A DNA stretch of 64,000 nt from positions 62,001 to 126,000 of the forward strand of contig MU058433.1 of NCBI GenBank assembly GCA_013265495.1. The letters run 5' to 3'. Source of the DNA: Vicugna vicugna. Lineage: Eukaryota. The notes beneath the pieces are model-generated. The model worked only from the letters and a program-made list of their open reading frames with translations, made no database searches and was not told the DNA's origin. The position numbers and the translations under genes are program-made. Shown here piece by piece: positions 26,446 to 38,312 of the stretch (position 1 is the first letter of the stretch; every line of letters begins with the position of its first letter).

Positions 26446-28436
26446 TAAAACCAATGTATCATTAGGATTCTGTTGAGTAAATCTACTACTGCCTACTTGC
26501 CCCTGCTTCTTCAGTATCTGGAGGAAAATCTTCATCTAAATATTCGGTCAACTAACACATCATTATCCAAGTCTCAGTATCTTCTTACACCTGCTAACCT
26601 CCTGACCAGCTACCCTACTTTATGATTGCATCATCCTCCCACTGCTGGAGCAGGAAACTGAGGGTTCACTGTGACTCTTTTTTCTTCTTCAGTCACTGTA
26701 TCTTATCTGCCAGCTCATAGGATCCTTGTCTGAAATCTCTGTTTGATCACTTATTCCCTTTTTTCTCCACTTCCTCACCTACTCAAGTCATCTTAATCAC
26801 TAATTGGAATCACAGAATAAGAATTTACGTTCTTCCATTGTTTTGAAAGTCTTTTCTTCATCTTTTGCTGCCATATTGCTCTCTCGAAAACATGATGTTA
26901 TCAAGACATTGGCAACCTTGTTTAAAAGTGCGTAATCACACTCATCATGACTACAGAATATGTAAGTTTGGCAGTCGGTACTTTCCTTAATACATTAGAT
27001 CTACCTATGTGACTGCGTCTTACACTGCTCCCTAAAAAGCATCTATATAGGCCTCTCTATATTTCTCCATCACTCCTACCTTTAATTGAGTATACTGCTG
27101 TCTTTTCCAGAAATGCAACCTTGTCTTCTTTCAACATGTTGAAATTCTACTTATTACTCCTGATCCCTACAAGTGCTAATGTCTACAAGAAATGTTCTTT
27201 AGTATAGCTGAACCACACAGTCTACTCCTCTGTACAATCACGGCCCTTAATTGTTATACCAAGAAGCTATCAGATAGTTATATTGAGCTCTGCATTATTC
27301 TCCTACTTATTCTCTTAGACTCTCTTTCCTAGGTACGTAGCTATCCTTCATAAATGATTGAGATAATCCACTATAATCCCCCTATTTTAAAGTCAGCTGA
27401 TTATCAACCATAAATCTTCTTTGACTTATAACATATGCCCAGGTTCCAGGGATTAGAATGTGCATGTGTTTGAGGGACCATTCACTATTCCGCCTATCAC
27501 AGGACCCTTTACGCTACCTGGATCTTTCCCATTCTGCCTCCCCAAACTTGTACCACCGTCGCCATCATCACCACACTCAGATAATACTCACAGACACCTG
27601 ATTTTGAGGTTAGTGCTGGGTTAGAAAGCCAGTAGAGAGCTTGTAGAGGATAGCTCCAAGGATGAGAACACAGAGATGCAGGATAGAACATAACACAATT
27701 GAGGAGGACATACACGAAGACAGAAAGGAAGGTGAGGCATGGGGAGAAAGAAATTTAATTCCAGCCAGGAAAGACAGACACACCTGGATGGCATAACCTT
27801 TTATCTCTTGGTTTTCTCAGGGGGTGGTGGGAACTCTGAAAAAAATGAGGACTCTAAAAACCTGGGGGAATTCCAGTCCCCAGTCAATATTATTAGTACC
27901 TAATTGTTTACATTAACATTTTCCTAGCCTAGAAATGACAGCATATACCCATAGGATATGATTCAGGGTTTTAGACAGAGGTAAGAAACCGGAAAGTGCC
28001 AGGATTCTTCAAGGCATGACCTATATAGACTAGTCAATTAACACTTTTTGAAAGAATAAATGAATTAAAGTAGGTAGGCACCAGGCTCTGACACGGAAGA
28101 ATGGTGTGATGATGATATTTAGAATTCTGGGTTCCAGAAGATGATTTATGTGACTGTTTGGAGACAAGACAGCTGATTGATTAGGGATGCTAGTGAGTTC
28201 CAGATGATAGGGTTGTAGGACAGATGTGAACACCAGTCTTTCCATGTCCTCCAAATTCTGGTGCATTTAGTTCTTCAACCCCAACTCCTCCATCAAGTGA
28301 GAGTTTTCCTGGATTGTTATATCACCTTTTATTTCACTGAATGAGGCTTTCTGGGCTCTACTTGTAACTGCATTGAAATACTTTTTGGACTGAAAAAAAC
28401 TCAGCAATTTCTGAGCAAGATAGATGAGTTAAACTT

Positions 28437-29056
28437 TTACATAAACTACTCCCTTAGATCACTGACTATTTAATTCCTACTAAGTGGCTGGAGATGTATC
28501 ATCAGAATTTGTTGAATTCAAAGTAATCATCCAGCTGCTAAAGGTAGAAACCTAAAAGTTATTCTTGACACCACATTTTTTCTCACTTCCAATACTCTTC
28601 TTTTATTTTATTGATGCTGTTAATGCATTGCCACAAAAAACAAAACAAAACAACAACAAAAAACTACCATAGATCTCAGTGTCTTACAGAGACATATTAC
28701 ATAAACTACTCCCTTAGATCACTGACTATTTAATTCCTACTAAGTGGCTGGAGATGTATCATCAGAATTTGTTGAATTCAAAGTGATCATCCAGCTGCTA
28801 AAGGTAGAAACCTAAAAGTTATTCTTTTTTTTTTTACATTTTTTATTGATTCATAATCATTTTACAGTGTTGTGTCAAATTCCAGTGTTCAGCACAATTT
28901 TTCAGTCATTTAAAAGTTATTCTTGACACCACATTTTTTCTCACTTCACTAAATACTCTTCTTTTATTTTATTGATGCTGTTAATGCATTGCCACAAAAA
29001 ACAAAACAAAACAACAACAAAAAACTACCATAGATCTCAGTGTCTTACAGAGACAT
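28437..29056. repeat. Near-identical 260-bp tandem duplication, with an L1 insertion in the second copy
   Basis: TTACATAAACTACTCCC... starts at 28437 and again at 28697. The copies differ by one substitution, a net 3-nt indel and the L1 insert. Confidence 0.95.
28827..28910 (-). mobile_element. Very short (84 nt) young L1 3' end with a perfect 14-bp TSD
   Basis: Reverse complement reads AATGACTGAAAAATTGTGCTGAACACTGGAATTTGACACAACACTGTAAAATG...TCAATAAAAAATGT then poly(A). TSD TAAAAGTTATTCTT at 28813-28826 and 28911-28924. Confidence 0.85.
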
Positions 29057-31480
29057 TTCTTACTTGAATTGTCTTTTATGACAGTGTAATGGATTTATAA
29101 TGCAGATGCAGCTTTACATTGGAGAAAGAGCTGAAGATACACTGTGATTTTGTGGTGTTAACTATTCTTTGCATTTTACTAATTCAGATATAAATATTAA
29201 GTCTAGAATATCAGAAGAGAACACAGAACAAGATATTAAAGGTGGCTGCATGCTGACTAGCTTGGCAGATCAATTGTGGCACATAAAAATGGGTAAAATA
29301 AACTTCTGCCTCCCTAAAAATTTACATTTATTCTTTTGATTCTGTCTGTGTGAGTGAATTCTTGCAGGTCTCTCAGCTTCTCACATGAAACTGTCTTTCT
29401 CTCGTTTCAAAAGTCAGAGTTGATTCTCTGGCAAAAAAAATCAAATCGGGAACACAGTGACATCAACTCCATCCATTTCAACAACATAGAAGAATAAATT
29501 AAACATTTCCCAATAAAAACACATAACATACACAAAGAAGTAGTTTTTAAAAATTAAAGTAAAATAGTAAGAGATGGAAAACATTTAAAAACGAAACTGT
29601 TGCATCCAAAAGGAGCCTCAGGAAACATGACAACTAAATGTAATGAGGTTTCCTGGATGGGACTCTGGGAAAAAAAAAGAACAGTAGGTTAAATCTAGGG
29701 AAATCTGCCACTGCTGTGTGCACTGAAGTGTCCTGTCTCTGACCCAGGAGTTTTGTGTCTTCTACTAGCCTCATGAAACTGTGGCAGGCTAACTTGGTAG
29801 CTTGCAAATAGAATAAAATTCCAGACTCCTCACTGTTCCTAACATAGACAATTTGAAAATATAGAATAAATATATCTTAGTCTGAGCACAAAACCAAGTA
29901 AAACAAAATGTCCCTAAGAAACAATGAGTCACAGAAACAGAAACTGTCTTTACTACTGACTGGTCTCTTTATCAAACCAGCAAGATTATAATTCTTTGGA
30001 ACAAATACATTTAATTATAAAGTGGCTGTTGAAAATGTGGCAGATGCATGCCATTCTAGAAAGCTGTATCAAAATAAGTCTAAGTTACAGCTCTTCCTAA
30101 TAAGCATGAGTTATTTCCTGAATCTGTAAGACATACACTAAATGCCCCAAAGGCTTTCATTATTATTAGCTGTTGTATGTAATAAAGGATATACATGGAT
30201 ACATACATTATATTATCTATTATACCAAAGAACTGTAAGGTTACTTGTCTGTATAAATAATCTTCAAGAATTATACACCACTATTTGTACTGCAAATACA
30301 GTGTAAGCAGGAATAAATCTTTCTGTTACACATTATATCAGAAATGGACCTGAGTTAATATATCTCTACCTTAATTAATAATAATGTACCAGTAGTGGCT
30401 CATTGATTATAACAAATGTGTCATAATGTAAGATTTGTAATAATGTCTTATTATTAATTACAGGGCTTTCTGTACTATCTTTGTAAGTTTTCTGTGCTAG
30501 AAATGGCTAATATAAGAGTTTATTTCAGTAACAGGATGCAAATTAATGTTTTAAAAATCACTGGCATCTCTCTCTTCTCTTGCAATAATCTGTAAAAATA
30601 TGAGAAAAATATTTCCTTCATTACAGTTTCCACTTCTCTCTCCCCATTCTCTCCAAACACTCTCAGTCTCTACCATCCCCTGGAACTGCCTTCTGCCTTG
30701 TGCCCAGTGACCTCCATAATACCTCATCTCATGAGCAATTCTTCATCTTTACTTTATTCAATGAATGAGCAACATTAGACAATTGTAAACACTCTCACCT
30801 ACTTAATTTTTCTCTCTTCGTGTCTGGGTTTTTCTGTTTTCTCCCATCCCCTCTTCTACTGCACTGGCTGCTCTGTACTGTTCCCTTTTCTAGGTCCTCT
30901 GTCTCTTTCCTTTTTCTAAATTTTGAACTATCCCAGTACTCAGTCTCCAACTGTCTCCTCTTCTCTTCCTCATTTTTCTCCAGAGAGATTGACCTGACAC
31001 AGTGTGTGCACGTTAAGTGACATTTATTCATGTTTAACTCCTAAATGTATCCTCCAGATTCCCCAATCCAGCTGCTTTCTCAGCATGGCCACCTGGATTC
31101 CTGATAAGCATTTCAGGCTGACATGCCCGATATCAGACTCTTCCTTCCTGTCCTTAAATCATCTCTATCACCGTGGTGACTCCATTATTCCAGTTGCTCA
31201 GGCCAATAGCCTCGTAATCATCCTTGATTTTTTCTCTTATATCACATGTGTGATCATCATTTAAACTCTGTTCTACTATCAAAATGCATTCAAAATCTGA
31301 CAATTTCCAAGAACTCTAACTTTCCCTCTTTAGTCCACCTGGCCATAATCTCTGTCTGGAATATTGTAGTATCTTTTTAAATGGTGTCTCTTCAGTTTAC
31401 TTTCCATGTAAAAGCCAGTAATATTTCTAAACATATAGGTCATAACATATAACTTCTCAGTTCCATTTTTTCCCAACAAC

Positions 31481-32240
31481 CACTATGGAAAATTGCCTGG
31501 CAGTTCTTTTTAAAACTAAAAATGAACTTACCATATGACCCAGGAACTTTGGGCATTTATCCCAGAGAAACAAAAGATATTTTCATGAAAAAACTTGTAC
31601 CTGGATATTCATAAAGCTTTACTTACAATAGCCAAAAACTGAAGACTATACAAATGTCTTTCAAAGGGTGAATGGTTTAATATTGTGGTTCAGTTTCATA
31701 GTGGAATAATACTCAGCAATAAATAGAAACAAATTATTAATACACTCAACAATTTAGATAAACCTCAAAGAAATTCTGCCGAGTGAAAAAGCTATCCGCC
31801 GACTAAAAAAAAACATACTGCATAATTAAATTTGTGAAACATTGGTAAAATAACCTAATTATAGAAATGGAGAACAGTTTAGTGGTTACCAAGGGTTAGG
31901 GAAGAGGGAGGGGATGGTTGCGGCTAAAGGAGATGAAGCTTGTGGTCCTGTAACAGCTGAATATCATGATTTTCGTGGTGTTATGATAGGCTACACATGT
32001 GATAAAACTGTACAGAGCTGCACACACACACACACACACATAAATGAATGCATGAATAAATGACGGAACTGGAATGAGCTGTATAGATTGTGCCGAACGA
32101 GCTCTTGGGCTTGATTCTGTGGTATAGTTGTTAAGAGGTCAACTTAAAGGAAAGGCTGGAATAGAAGGCTTGGGAATTCCCAGCACATTTCTTGTAAACT
32201 TCTGTGAATGTATAATTATTTCAAAATAAAAAGCTTTAAA
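31481..32240 (+). mobile_element. Old LINE-1 (L1M-type) 3' fragment
   Basis: TTACCATATGACCCAG, TACAATAGCCAAAAACTG and AGTGGTTACCAAGGGTTAGGG, ending in AAAATAAAAAG. Boundaries approximate. Confidence 0.75.
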
Positions 32241-35200
32241 AAAAACAAACAAACACCTCTTACTATGTTTTTCTAGCTCACTAAGAATAAAATTTATAAT
32301 CTATATTGCATGACTTACAAAACTCGGCATGGTTTGGCCTCTTCCCACCCAACTGCTCACCCCCACTGATTCTCCAGCCACAGTATGCCACTTCCTAGTC
32401 CTCAGATACTCCAAGCAAGCCCATGTCTCTAGGTTCGAGGCAATTAATTTTATCTCTACTAGGACTGATCTTCAACCAGAACTCTGAATGTTTGCTTCCT
32501 TCAATTTATTCAAGTCTCTGATTAAATATCACCCTGATGACCCAATCTAAAATAGCACCAACTCGCTGCCCCCATTATTCTCAACCTCATTATCTTTATT
32601 TTCCTTCATAACACTTATCACAACCTGTCATATGATGATTCATTTGTTTATTTACTTATTAGTATCTATCTCTCTTCTCTAGAATGTAAGTTCCATGAGA
32701 GCAATGGCTTTCTCTGTTTGGTTATCCTCAGCAAGTTCTCAATAAATAAATAAATATACATATATATATACATATGTATATATATATATAAAATTGAATG
32801 AATAGCGTTTAACTATGGGGCAAAGGATGGTCTTATACAAGGTACACACAGACTTGTATGACTGTCAATTGATACAGAAATCCTGGAGAATAATTTGATA
32901 CTAATTTTAAAAATACATTTGAAAGAGTTGAAAGAACAGGTTCCAAGAAAAGGGAGCCAGGACTGTTAGAATAATATTTCAGTGAAGAAACTACTGTATC
33001 TGAGGTCAAACCGTAAAAAATATCAGAATGAAGAAGCTGCCACGTCTGCCTTCATGTTACCACAGGTGATTCTCAAGTTCCAGAAGTGCTTGGGAGAAAT
33101 CACCATGACGTATACATGTTTACAACAGCATTATTCATAATAGCCCAAAGACGGAAATAGCCCAAATGTCCACTGATGGGCAAATGGAGGCACACAATAT
33201 GTTACATCAATACATTAAAATATTATTCAGCCACACAAAGAAATGAAGAACTGACGCACACTACAGTATGAATGAGGAAGGGAAGAACACAAAGGGAGGA
33301 GAATTTTTGCTCCCAAAGGAGAAGAGGAAGTAAACACCATATGAAGCAAGACCCGAGATTCAGTTCTGTATATTAAGGAAGCCTCAGCTGTGTATGAAAT
33401 GTTGAATTGAGAAACTGTGAGTCCGAGAAGGTGGCATTGGGGAGGTAAGTCTGGGTCAGATATTTCAGGATTGAGAGGAGGTTATTAATACAGCAAGATG
33501 GATGGAGAATGGGAACCAGGTAAGTGGAAAGCTCTGTAGCAATGTTCAAGGAGTGGAGGGCTGAAAGAAAAATTTGTCCAGGGTAGCTAGAGTGAATTGT
33601 GTTTTCCTGGGAAGTCAAAGGGGAGAAGTTTGGAGGGTCATTGTCCAGGTGAGGATGGAGAGATTGATGAATAAGTGATCCTTGGCTCCTAAGGAGGAGG
33701 CAAGACTCGTAAACACGATGTTCTGCCCTTAGACATTAAGGAGCAAAGGCAAGAAAAGTTATTCTACTGCATTTGGTGGACCACTTTAAAAGAACAAAGT
33801 TCCTGGGCAGAGCAGTCAGGTAAAGGATTCAAAAACAGGTAGAAAAAGGAATTCATAGAAGAGACACTTTTTTTCTGGTAATTTTTCCAAAGATGACAGA
33901 AGCAGGAATCAGTGGGCAAGAAAATTGGGCATTTAAAAAGTAGAAGTTCTGAAAAAGAAGGCTATCAGACAGATAAATTTAAGCAGAGTACTTGGACTTG
34001 CTCCCTAGTTTGGGGGTGAGTCAACATCAATGGACGCCTAAATTGGAATGAAAGCAGAAGTCACATGAATAAATGATAGGAAGAAACTGTGAACAAAGCC
34101 TGCCTTGGAAGTTGATTATTTAGATGGAGAACTGAAACTGGAGAAGAAAATTTTGTGCAGGTGCTGATGTGACTGACAAAAGTGGGAGCATGTAGTGATG
34201 AGTGTGTTGAGTGATACTGTGGAAAGAATAAACGCAATGAATGACACAGACTACAGACAAGAAAATAATGTGAGGACAGAAGATCTGTGATTATAAACGC
34301 CTGATTTTTATGGTATTTGTATGTGTCCTGCATGATATATCAGGGATGGTAATATTTCAGTGTGATAAGTGCTTGAAAAAGAAATAGATAAGTGCAGGGG
34401 AATATAGGAGCACAGAGGACATGCATAACCCAGCCTTGGGAAATGAGAAAAGTCTTCCTGAATGAGAAATACAGACTAGCTAGATTAATGAGGAGGGTGG
34501 AGACAGAGGAAGTGGAATGCACAAAAGACCACAGAGAAAGAAGGGCAGGTTTGGAGATGTGCATCTTGACCAACATCAGTAGAGAAAGCATAGAACATGT
34601 GTATATGAATCTATTAAGCAACGGGAAATTATCTGTAATCAAGTACGTAATGTGCTCAAAATGATTTTTTGGAAATAAAATAGATACTGAAAGGACTGCA
34701 GGCTAGGAGACTAGTGGGGAGGTCTTCGGATAAGCAGATCTGGAGTCTGAAAAGCAATATAAATGGCAACTGTAGATTTGGGAGGTCTTAGTACATGCAG
34801 GCTAAATGAAGCCAAGGCTGGTGAGCAGCTTGGCCAGGTAGCATGAAGAGTGAGGGGAGCATAGAGACACCAGTAGGAAACACCAGCAGGTGTCCAGCCT
34901 GCAAGGACAGAGGAGCCCTTTGTGAGGACTAGGATGGAAGTTCAGGGGCAAGAGAAGAACCAGTGGAGGACAAAGAAATCAAAGCCAAAATGAGTAGCTA
35001 ATGAAAGGTATGATTTTGGACGAAAGAAGATAGAACAAAAAGTGAGACAAGCTAGGTGAATAAGCTATTTCTTATTATAGTAGTTAAATTTTTGTCTACT
35101 TTCAAGGTTTAAAGTATTTGAATGTTCATAAATGTAAATACTCAAGAAATCAGGAGTAACAGATGATAAAGAAAAGAGGGGATAATTGATAGAACAAAGT

Positions 35201-36346
35201 CCTTGAGGAGGTAGGAAAGAAAGTGGATTCAGAGAATAGGTGGGCAAATTATTCTTGGAGATGTACATACATACATAAATACTTACACACATGTGCACAC
35301 TTACAGACATACACATATATGCAAATGTGTATATATGTATATTTGTGTTCTTGTGTGTTTTTTGGTATGGTGTGTGTATATCCAGCTTATTTTTAAAAGT
35401 AATTTAAGATAAGCCCACAAAAATAAAATGAGTATGTTAACTTGATTGTGGTAATCATTTCACAGTGTATACATATATTATATTATCACATTGTATACCT
35501 AAAATATAAATAGTTTTTATTTGTCAATTATACCTCAATAAGGCTGGAGAAATTAAATTAAATTAAAAACTACATATTTATTTTGAGAAAACTTATATTT
35601 ATATTTTAACAAGCCATTGAATCTTCTGATCTGGTACATGATATACGTCTCCATTTATTTATGTTTTAAAAAAATCTCTTCTGGCAATATTTTGTACATC
35701 TTAATGCAGAGGCTTTGAAAATTTGAGTTAAATATAAAAAGAAAATGTTCACTTGAATTTATAGTTGTTTGTGACTAGGATAATAAAATAATTGATTTAT
35801 ATTGTCTTTATACTCTCTAAATAAGTAAATGACTTCACGAGCTTTCCTGTGCCTAGGTAAAGTGAAAATGTACCACAGCTCTAAGGGAGGAGACATCAAA
35901 ATGCAGGCGTGGCATCGACATTACTTTCTCTGAGTGGAGAAATGCTTGCAGAGATAAAAGATAAATTTATAGGAGTGGAATAATAAAGCGAGGAGTTGGC
36001 TCCTGACAGTCCCGAAGTCTCAGTCAGGTAGGAAGGAAGTTCAACTGAGAGGCAGGAACAGGGATCTGGGCGGCGGTAAAGGTTTCATCGCCTTTGTGAG
36101 AACAGTTTAATAGGATCAAGGAGGGGTCAAGGGGTCTAACGTGTGGTAAAGGCTATTGCTATGATTGTGTCATTTTCTTCACATCCTGATGATGCGAGTT
36201 GAGGAAAGCACTACTTAGTTTTAGTTGAAGCCCGAGCATTTTCACGGACAATGCAGCAGAAACTATCAAATTTGAGAAGTTTCTGGCCCTATGAGATCGA
36301 CATCTAGACTAGATAGAGGAGAAAATGAAAACATCAGTCCTCGCAT

Positions 36347-36517
36347 CAGTTGTTCACAAACTTCAGCATGAATTAGTATCACCGGGTGATCTTGCTAAAT
36401 TAGAGATTGCTGCTCCAACCTCAGAGTTTCTGATTCATAAAGTCTGTGGTGCAAGAACTTGCAAGTCCCCTGGTGACATGGACGATGCTGGCCCGAGGAC
36501 GGCGCTCTGAGAAGAAT
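36347..36517 (+). mobile_element. MER5A-like hAT DNA transposon fragment
   Basis: CAGTTGTTCACAAACTTCAGCATGAATTAGTATCACC...CAGAGTTTCTGATTCA...CTCTGAGAAG. Confidence 0.65.
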
Positions 36518-37301
36518 CCACAACTTCCTTCATGTTCTGGGTGATGACACCACACTTCAGAGCCACAAAGGTGACTCCAGAAGCACTACACAGTTTAATA
36601 AGGCTTCCACAGACAAAATTTAATGTGACACACCTCTGGGACAACACTTATGCTCATTTTCAAGATCAAACAATTGTTTCTTAGAAAAGACAGTATCTTG
36701 TCCAAAATCTCAGTCTCACTGACCGAGATCTCTGAACCAGAATATTTCACACTGTCCAGTGTGATTTCTAAATGCCACTGCTGCCTTCACTGCCTCTGTA
36801 ATTGTCAGAGCATCTGTGACTGGCAGAAGAGAGACTCGGGTCTGCAGGGCACACCGCCCCCAACCCTAACTTCCCACATAGTCTGCTAGGCAGGGGCAAT
36901 TGCTCTTTGGGGCGAGACTGCAGCCCTTCTGTGCAGAGCCTGGGGTTTCTGCAGACCTCATTCCAGTTCACATACCCGTAGAGATTACAGAGATTGTTTT
37001 TGATTTTCTAGCTACCCCTGCCCTTCTCAGAACCCGTGGCTCTCTACTGGCACTGGCAATGTTTCCGAGCCCTGTAGGTGCCTGAATATCTTATAGCTGC
37101 ACGAGGAGTCTCTGAATAAGGACACAGAGCCTGTCTGTGGGCAGAGCCTAGAGCTGTGCGCTTTGTGCAGATCTTGCATGTGATTTCCTGTACAGAATAC
37201 ACACACGTGAAGAACCCTGTGAGTGTGTGCTGACCTCGTGGCTGACTGCAAGCCATAAGGGCTCTCAGTCAATGTACAGAGTCTGAAGCTCTTTTTCTCC
37301 T

Positions 37302-38312
37302 ATGGCGCAGGCGAGGGCGCTGCGGAAAATCATGGCCCTTTTATCTGCTAGCAACACAGCTCCTGTGAACAACTCTGATACTCGCATGGCCGGCTGCCTC
37401 CTGATTGGCATCCCTGGACTGGAGCACCTCCACATCTGGCTCTCCATCCCCTTCTGCACCATGTATGTAGCTGCCATGACAGGCAACGGCATTTTAATTT
37501 GTGTCATCCTCTCCCAGCCAAGCCTGCACGAGCCCATGTACATATTCCTGTCCATGTTGGCCAGTGCTGACATCTTGCTCTCCACTTCCACCATGCCCAA
37601 AGCACTGGCCAACTTCTGGCTAGGTTTCAGCCATATTTCCTTTGATGGCTGCCTCACCCAGATGTTCTTCATCCACTTCCTTTTCGTGGCTGACTCTGCA
37701 GTCCTACTGGCAATGGCCTTTGACCGCTACGTGGCCATCTGCTCCCCTTTGAGATATGCCACCATCCTCACCAGCACAGTCATTGGGAAGATCGCCGCTG
37801 CCACTCTGACCTGCAGCTTCATCATCATGTTTCCTTCCATCTTTCTCCTCAAGCGCCTGCACTACTGTCGGATCAATATCATCGTGCATACATTTTGTGA
37901 GCACATGGGCATTGCCCGTCTGTCCTGCTCTGATATCTCCACTAATGTCTGGTACGGGTTGGCAGCTGCTCTGCTCTGCACAGGCCTGGACATCATCCTT
38001 ATCGCTGTTTCCTACATTCACATCCTCCGAGCTGTCTTCCACCTCCCTTCTCAAGGTGCCCGGTCCAAGGCCCTGAGCACTTGCGGCTCCCACGTCTGTG
38101 TCATCCTACTCTTCTACATCCCTGCCCTCTTTTCTGTCTTTGCCTATAGGTTTGGTGGGAAACGCATTCCACGCTATGTCCACATCCTCCTGGCTAACCT
38201 CTATGTGGTCATCCCACCTATGCTCAATCCCATTATTTATGGAGTGAGGACCAAGCAGATTTTGGACGGGGCTAAGCAGATGTTTACAAATCTTGCCAAA
38301 GAATCTAAATAA
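37302..38312 (+). CDS. OR52B6: Intact olfactory receptor OR52B6 (336 aa; 326 aa if the ATG at 37332 is used)
   Basis: Single-exon OR ORF. The termini MAQARALRKIMALLSA...NNSDTRMAGC and KQMFTNLAKESK match my recall of human OR52B6, and its position immediately upstream of TRIM6 is syntenic. Confidence 0.92.
   Translation: MAQARALRKIMALLSASNTAPVNNSDTRMAGCLLIGIPGLEHLHIWLSIPFCTMYVAAMTGNGILICVILSQPSLHEPMYIFLSMLASADILLSTSTMPKALANFWLGFSHISFDGCLTQMFFIHFLFVADSAVLLAMAFDRYVAICSPLRYATILTSTVIGKIAAATLTCSFIIMFPSIFLLKRLHYCRINIIVHTFCEHMGIARLSCSDISTNVWYGLAAALLCTGLDIILIAVSYIHILRAVFHLPSQGARSKALSTCGSHVCVILLFYIPALFSVFAYRFGGKRIPRYVHILLANLYVVIPPMLNPIIYGVRTKQILDGAKQMFTNLAKESK

Noticed and set aside
28437..29056. CRISPR-like or functional repeat array
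   Set aside because: Only two long units, no repeat-spacer structure, and the DNA is eukaryotic.
29620..30500. LTR-like 3' end (about 29707-29843) and unassigned sequence splitting an old L1 fragment
   Set aside because: Probably ordinary nested old repeats. I could not define the family, boundaries or TSDs.
32755..32790. Palindromic TA-rich tract, and alternating purine-pyrimidine runs at about 7113-7160 and 35260-35380
   Set aside because: Low-complexity microsatellite sequence is trivially self-complementary.
37704..38093. Antisense or alternate-frame ORFs overlapping OR and TRIM6 exons (also 5305..5607, 12555..12932, 50593..50865)
   Set aside because: Shadow ORFs of real coding sequence, with no recognisable protein features.
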